NCBI GenBank assembly: GCA_003194425.1
Contig: PQXB01000003.1
Coordinates: 1 to 32,000, forward strand
DNA from: Candidatus Methanophagaceae archaeon
Lineage (GTDB): Archaea > Halobacteriota > Syntropharchaeia > Alkanophagales > Methanospirareceae
Reading direction: 5' to 3'
Length of the DNA: 32,000 bases
This document shows positions 27,632 to 32,000 of the stretch, piece by piece. How positions within the stretch are numbered: the stretch's first letter is position 1; each line of letters begins with the position of its first letter. The position numbers and the translations under genes are program-made. The notes under the pieces are model-generated. The model was not told the origin of the DNA. It saw only the letters and a program-made list of their open reading frames with translations, and ran no database searches.

Positions 27632-28831
27632 CTAAATTATGCTTTCTAACCGCTCCAGCCCCTCCAAAATGTCTTCCATCGCGGCGGCGTACGAGAACCG
27701 CACGAAACCTCTGCCCGCCTCTCCAAACGCCGAACCCGGCGTAACAACAACGCGAGCCTCCTTTAGCAACCGCTCCGTGAATTCTTCCCCGTCTCCGTTT
27801 ACATTCACAAAAGCGTAAAACGCACCCTCCGGGTTCAAGCACCGCAGTCCCACCGCTCCCGCGTTCAGCCGCTTCACAATTACATCCCGCCGCCTCTTGA
27901 ACTCCGCAACCATTTCCGCAACGCACTCCTGCGAGCCTTGAAGCCCTGCCAAAGCCGCGAACTGCGAAACCGACGGTGCGCAGGTTACCGAGTGCTGCTG
28001 TATTTTTAGCATTCCCCCCACAATTTCAGGCGGTGCGACCGCGTAGCCAACTCGCCAGCCGGTCATCGCGTAGGTCTTCGAGAACCCGTTTATGACGACC
28101 GTCCGCTCCTGCATTCCGTCAAAACTGGCGATGCTCACGTGCCTCCGACCGTCGTAAATTATCCGCTCGTAAATCTCGTCAGACAGCACGATTATGTCGT
28201 GCTCTACCGCGAACTCCGCAACCTCCCGCAACTCCCGCTCGCTCAAAACGTACCCTACAGGGTTGTTTGGACTGTTTAGCACCAGCAGCTTCGTCTTCTC
28301 TGACGCCGCAGACGCCAACGATTCGTAGGACACGCCTCCTTCTCCTCCGTCTTCCCCTTCCCCTTCGCCCGCCGCACCCAGCCGCCGCACCCACTTTGGC
28401 ACGCCACCTGCGAGTTTCACTGCGGATTCAAAGCTGACCCACGAAGGGTCGAGCAGAACCACCTCGTCGCCGTCGTCCAAAACCGCCATCATTAACTCGT
28501 AAATCGCCTGCTTCGCTCCAGGCGTTACCAAGACATTCTCAACCTCCACCTCAACCCCGTTCTCCGCCCGCATCTTCGCCGCAATCTCCGCCCGCAACTC
28601 TTCAATTCCCGCACCGCTCGTGTAGTGCGTCTCTCCAGCGTCCAACGCCTTTTTCGCGGCTTCGCAAATGTGCTTCGGCGTCTTGAAGTCTGGCTCGCCA
28701 AGCGAGAAGTTTAAGACTCGTTTTACTTTCCTTTCTCCCTCCCCCTGACTTTCCGCCTCCAACTGCCTCGCCAGATGCCCCATTTTCATCGTCGCCGACT
28801 CCTCCACCCTGCTCAGTCTTCTTGCCAACAT
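27632..28831 (-). CDS. Class I pyridoxal-phosphate aminotransferase (aspartate aminotransferase family)
   Basis: LNFSLGEPDFKTP, NSPNNPVGYV, and SKTYAMTGWRVGY with the PLP lysine. The ORF opens at 28858 inside the 14-bp repeat array; ATG 28831 (MLARRLSRVEES) is the more plausible start. Confidence 0.88.
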   Translation of the reverse strand: MLARRLSRVEESATMKMGHLARQLEAESQGEGERKVKRVLNFSLGEPDFKTPKHICEAAKKALDAGETHYTSGAGIEELRAEIAAKMRAENGVEVEVENVLVTPGAKQAIYELMMAVLDDGDEVVLLDPSWVSFESAVKLAGGVPKWVRRLGAAGEGEGEDGGEGGVSYESLASAASEKTKLLVLNSPNNPVGYVLSERELREVAEFAVEHDIIVLSDEIYERIIYDGRRHVSIASFDGMQERTVVINGFSKTYAMTGWRVGYAVAPPEIVGGMLKIQQHSVTCAPSVSQFAALAGLQGSQECVAEMVAEFKRRRDVIVKRLNAGAVGLRCLNPEGAFYAFVNVNGDGEEFTERLLKEARVVVTPGSAFGEAGRGFVRFSYAAAMEDILEGLERLESII

Positions 28832-28841
28832 TTCACTCCAA

Positions 28842-28882
28842 CACACCCTAAAAAACACACCCTAAAAAACACACCCTAAAAA
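28842..28882. repeat. 14-bp tandem repeat x3 (cacaccctaaaaaa) in the divergent promoter region
   Basis: Units at 28842-28855, 28856-28869 and 28870-28882 (the last lacks one A). Confidence 0.9.
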
Positions 28883-28897
28883 CAAAAAGTCGCACAA

Positions 28898-28905
28898 TTT
28901 AAATA
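28898..28905 (+). promoter_or_regulatory. Candidate TATA box for tiaS
   Basis: tttaaata lies 25 bp upstream of the TTG start at 28930, implying a leaderless mRNA. Confidence 0.3.
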
Positions 28906-28929
28906 TCTTGACATTGAATTTAAAGAGAA

Positions 28930-30306
28930 TTGATTATCGGAATAGACGACACAGACTCGAGAAAAGGAATGTGCACCACCTACTTGTGCGCGGTTTTAGT
29001 CGGCGAACTTGAGCGGTTTGGGCAGGTCTCGAGACCACGACTGGTAAGACTCAACCCCTGCGTCCCGTTTAAGACAAGAGGCAACGGTGCGGTCTCTTTT
29101 GAGGTGCGTGTGGCACGAGCAGAAGCACGAGCAGAAGCACGAGCAGAAGAAGTGAAAAAAGTGAAAGAAGTTGTCAAATCGCGAGTGAGCGAGTTCTCGG
29201 AGTTGGGCGAGGAGGGGACGAACCCGGGTGTTGTTTTTGTTGAGGAACAGAATTCAGGTTTAGGTAAAGGAGAAATAGGCGTTTTAAAGCGTTTTTACGA
29301 GGACGCGGTCAGGGAAGTGCTGACGCTGGAGGACGCCTGCGAAGTCATTTCAGAGTTGCGTTTGGACTGCTTTGGGCTGAAGAACAGGCGTGGTTTAATT
29401 GGGGCTTTGGCTGCTGCTTCTTTCCTGGTGCTGCAGAGGAGCCAGAAGACCAGGAGCCAGAAGACCGGTCTCTGCGACTGCGACTACGACTTTACCTACG
29501 AACTGGTGGCGTACAGGAGGAGGGAGCGGTGGGGGACGCGGAGAATTATTGACGAGGCGAGCGTGTGGCGGGCGGCTGCGGCGACTTACCCGCTGGTCTG
29601 GGACACCGTAGACGCAGCGAACAAGCAGGTTGTCTTCGCTCCGCATTCTCCGTGCCCCGTCCTCTTCGGGCTGCGGGGCGACAGCGTAGAAGCCATTTAC
29701 AAGGCTTACGAACTGATTCAGCCGAATGCCGAACCCGTAGAGCGAGCAGAGTTGTTCGTGACAAATCAAGGCACGGACTTCCATTTAATCGACACGAGAA
29801 AGAAAAGAGAAGAGAAACTGGAACTGCAGGACGACCGCTCCTACATTTTGGACGGCGTGGTCTGCTCCAACCCCAGGACAATAAAAGGAGGGCACACGGT
29901 CTTTTCGCTCTCGCTCTCACTGCCAGCGGGCAGTGAAGAGGAAAAACTCGAGTGCATTGCCTACGAGCCGACGAAGGGCTTTCGTGCTGTTGTGAGGCGA
30001 CTCCGAGTCGGCGACGAGGTCACAGTTTACGGGTCTCTAAAGAAAGGGGCGGTAAATCTTGAGAAGTTGGAGGTGAGGAAATTGAACCTGCTGGAAGTGA
30101 GGAATCCCAGGTGCGAGAGGTGCGGTAAGGCAATGAAATCGGCTGGCAGGTCGCAGGGCTACCGGTGCAAACGCTGCGGGACTTTCTGTGCGGAGAAGGA
30201 GGTGAAGGAGGAGGAAAGGGGAGTTTTGAAGGGGTTTTACGAAGTCCCGCCGGTTGCGAGGCGGCATATTTCTAAACCCTTGGTTCGCACTCGTCCGAGC
30301 AAATGA
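28930..30306 (+). CDS. tiaS: tRNA(Ile2) 2-agmatinylcytidine synthetase TiaS
   Basis: Hallmark N-terminus (M)IIGIDDTDSRKGMCTTYL. OB-like region and C-terminal zinc ribbon CERCG...CKRCG. Repeat inserts ARAEARAEARAE and RSQKTRSQKT. Confidence 0.88.
   Translation: MIIGIDDTDSRKGMCTTYLCAVLVGELERFGQVSRPRLVRLNPCVPFKTRGNGAVSFEVRVARAEARAEARAEEVKKVKEVVKSRVSEFSELGEEGTNPGVVFVEEQNSGLGKGEIGVLKRFYEDAVREVLTLEDACEVISELRLDCFGLKNRRGLIGALAAASFLVLQRSQKTRSQKTGLCDCDYDFTYELVAYRRRERWGTRRIIDEASVWRAAAATYPLVWDTVDAANKQVVFAPHSPCPVLFGLRGDSVEAIYKAYELIQPNAEPVERAELFVTNQGTDFHLIDTRKKREEKLELQDDRSYILDGVVCSNPRTIKGGHTVFSLSLSLPAGSEEEKLECIAYEPTKGFRAVVRRLRVGDEVTVYGSLKKGAVNLEKLEVRKLNLLEVRNPRCERCGKAMKSAGRSQGYRCKRCGTFCAEKEVKEEERGVLKGFYEVPPVARRHISKPLVRTRPSK
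29113..29148. repeat. 12-bp tandem repeat x3 (gcacgagcagaa), perfect, encoding ARAEARAEARAE
   Basis: Read directly; in frame in tiaS. Confidence 0.95.
29437..29466. repeat. 15-bp tandem repeat x2 (aggagccagaagacc), perfect, encoding RSQKTRSQKT
   Basis: Read directly; in frame in tiaS. Confidence 0.95.
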
Positions 30307-30956
30307 TTTTTGAGACGCTGGGAAGGGCGGTAGTAATTTTTGCAGTAGCGTTCGCGGTTCTCTTAGTACTCGCGCTCCTCTTCTGCCTTTTCATTTTTCA
30401 CACCAACCGAATAATTTTCCCGAACTTCGTGCTATTCGCAACAAGCCTGCTTTACGAGCCTTTACGCAGGCTGCTCTCGTTCTTTCGTGTTGACCCGACG
30501 CTGATTGACCGCGTCTCGGTAGAAATAAGAAACGCACTTAACTACCACGAGTTTGCGGCTACGCGTGTGGACGAGCGAGTTTTACTGCTACCGCAGTGCC
30601 TCCGCAGTCCTGAGTGTCCTGCGAAACTGAGTGCGGTGGACGGGCTTCACTGTGCGGGAAAAGAGGCGTGCGGGCGGTGTGCGATCGCGGAGCTGAGCGC
30701 TGCCTGCGAGGAGCTCGGGGTCAAGGTCTTCGTCTCGCCAGGCGGGACATTTGCAAAGCGGATTCTCCTGCAGAGCCAACCAAAAGCGGTGGTTGGCGTT
30801 GCCTGCTACAACAACCTCGCTGAAGGAATGTTGAACGCAAAACTCGTGGGTGTTCCAGCGCAGGGAGTGCCTCTCACGACCCCGGGCTGCGTTAGCACCA
30901 CCGTCGACATTGACAAAATAATTGAGAAGTGCAAAATGCAAAAGGAAACGAAATGA
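30303..30956 (+). CDS. DUF116-family Cys-rich membrane-anchored protein, copy 1
   Basis: N-terminal TM helix, then LLLPQCLRSPECPA...C...CGRC...VVGVACYNNL...PGCVSTTVD. The ATG overlaps the tiaS stop (ATGA). Confidence 0.7.
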   Translation: MIFETLGRAVVIFAVAFAVLLVLALLFCLFIFHTNRIIFPNFVLFATSLLYEPLRRLLSFFRVDPTLIDRVSVEIRNALNYHEFAATRVDERVLLLPQCLRSPECPAKLSAVDGLHCAGKEACGRCAIAELSAACEELGVKVFVSPGGTFAKRILLQSQPKAVVGVACYNNLAEGMLNAKLVGVPAQGVPLTTPGCVSTTVDIDKIIEKCKMQKETK

Positions 30957-30971
30957 AAAAGAGGATAAAAA

Positions 30972-31640
30972 ATGATTTATGAGTGGGTAGGGAAGATTTT
31001 TGTAGTCGCGGTTGGCGTGTTGGCGGCGTTAATTCTGACCGCTGTCTGCCTCGCGATTTACAAAAGAGACCTGTTCCCGAGGTTCACGCTCTCCGTGCTC
31101 AACCTCTTCTACCAGCCCGCCAAACTGCTGTTCGGCTACTTCCGCGTAAATCCCGTGCTCGTGGACGAGCTCGGAATTGCACTGATGAACTCGGTTTACC
31201 GAGACGCGTACGGGAAGACGCCGTTGGAGAGGCGGTTGTTGTTTCTGCCGCAGTGCCTTCGCAGTCTGGAGTGCCCGGCGAAGACCTCGTCGCAGGAGGG
31301 AATAATTTGTAGGGAGTGTGGCAAGTGCGGGATTTCGGAGATTAAGCGGCTCTGCGACGAGCACGGAGTGGGGCTTTGCATTGCTCCCGGCGGTGAGTTC
31401 GTGAAGCGGGCGGTGAGGGACAAGAAGCCGCAGGCTGCGGTCGGCGTTGCGTGTCAGCACGACCTTTACGAGACGATGAAATATGTCACTTCGCAGGGCG
31501 TGCCGATGCTCGGCGTGCTGCTTTCAAAGACCGGCTGTGTGCTGACCGAGGTGGACTGGGAGGAGGTGAAAAGGGTGTTAGATTTAACTTTAGCTCACGC
31601 CAATTATCGCACTGTTCCCCGTGGGGTCGTCAATTATTAA
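30972..31640 (+). CDS. DUF116-family Cys-rich membrane-anchored protein, copy 2
   Basis: Paralogue of copy 1: LLFLPQCLRSLECPA...CRECGKCG...AVGVACQHDL...TGCVLTEVD. Confidence 0.7.
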   Translation: MIYEWVGKIFVVAVGVLAALILTAVCLAIYKRDLFPRFTLSVLNLFYQPAKLLFGYFRVNPVLVDELGIALMNSVYRDAYGKTPLERRLLFLPQCLRSLECPAKTSSQEGIICRECGKCGISEIKRLCDEHGVGLCIAPGGEFVKRAVRDKKPQAAVGVACQHDLYETMKYVTSQGVPMLGVLLSKTGCVLTEVDWEEVKRVLDLTLAHANYRTVPRGVVNY

Positions 31641-32000
31641 AGTCACTTTCTCCTCTCCTTCGCCCGATTTTATTTTCTCTAACCGCTTCAAAACCGCTTC
31701 TGCACGCTTCTTTTCTTCGTTCCTTGCATTTCTGCTCAGCATTTTCACCACCTTCTCCACCCGCTTCAAGACGCCTTCAACCGTAGAAATAAACGCCTCC
31801 CCTCTCCTCGGCTCTACGCTGACGCCCAGCTCGGGAATTTCAATCCGCCCGAACGACGACCTCACTACCCGAGCATTTAAGTCCCGCACCGACGAAATCT
31901 CAAACTCGCACCTCCTTCCCCGCCCACTCCGCTCTCCGCTCTCTCCCTCCCCCGCCAGCAACATCAAATCGGCAGACCGAAACCCACACAAGGGGCAGAC
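31590..32000 (-). CDS. ZPR1-type zinc-finger protein (5' end lies beyond the window)
   Basis: ...CPLCGF...FISTVEGVL...TLIIDDPTGNSAIIG. The frame stays open to the window edge. The 3' end overlaps DUF116 copy 2 convergently by 51 bp. Confidence 0.7.
   Translation of the reverse strand, partial: VCPLCGFRSADLMLLAGEGESGERSGRGRRCEFEISSVRDLNARVVRSSFGRIEIPELGVSVEPRRGEAFISTVEGVLKRVEKVVKMLSRNARNEEKKRAEAVLKRLEKIKSGEGEEKVTLIIDDPTGNSAIIGVS

Overview
The window is an archaeal chromosomal segment. Evidence: TFB, TiaS, Dph2, a bifunctional FBP aldolase/phosphatase, an MfnE-like kinase, and TATA-like boxes 25-33 bp upstream of several start codons. I call about 30 protein genes and one tRNA-Ser(GCU). They include clpB, tfb, pyrG, a cis-prenyltransferase-like protein with degenerate catalytic motifs, an HNH nuclease plus beta-class DNA methyltransferase pair, a LarE-family PP-loop enzyme, dph2, a class I fumarase alpha subunit and a histidine kinase with a CheY-like regulator. 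They also include an aminotransferase, an EhaR-like HAD protein, tiaS, two tandem DUF116 genes and a partial ZPR1 gene. Three observations stand out. (1) Short, mostly perfect tandem repeats are everywhere. Inside genes their unit lengths are always divisible by 3, and they insert E/K/R/G/A/T/C-rich peptides into core enzymes, for example an 11-Cys (EC/GC) array in the fumarase. Units not divisible by 3 (8-52 bp) occur only between genes or across start codons, and three of them duplicate a start codon. (2) A long block on the minus strand (14254-24128) links a two-component system and duplicated wHTH regulators to two paralogous modules. Each module is a small 2-TM protein followed by a NuoL/MrpD-like antiporter subunit with a lateral-helix-like tail. 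No other Mrp or complex I genes are present, and a stand-alone remnant of a third tail is. (3) A more AT-rich restriction-modification islet sits between pyrG and the LarE-family gene, and its HNH gene has no usable start codon upstream of its first zinc knuckle. No CRISPR array, transposase, integrase or rRNA was seen. All functional calls rest on motif recognition by eye; no database search was run.
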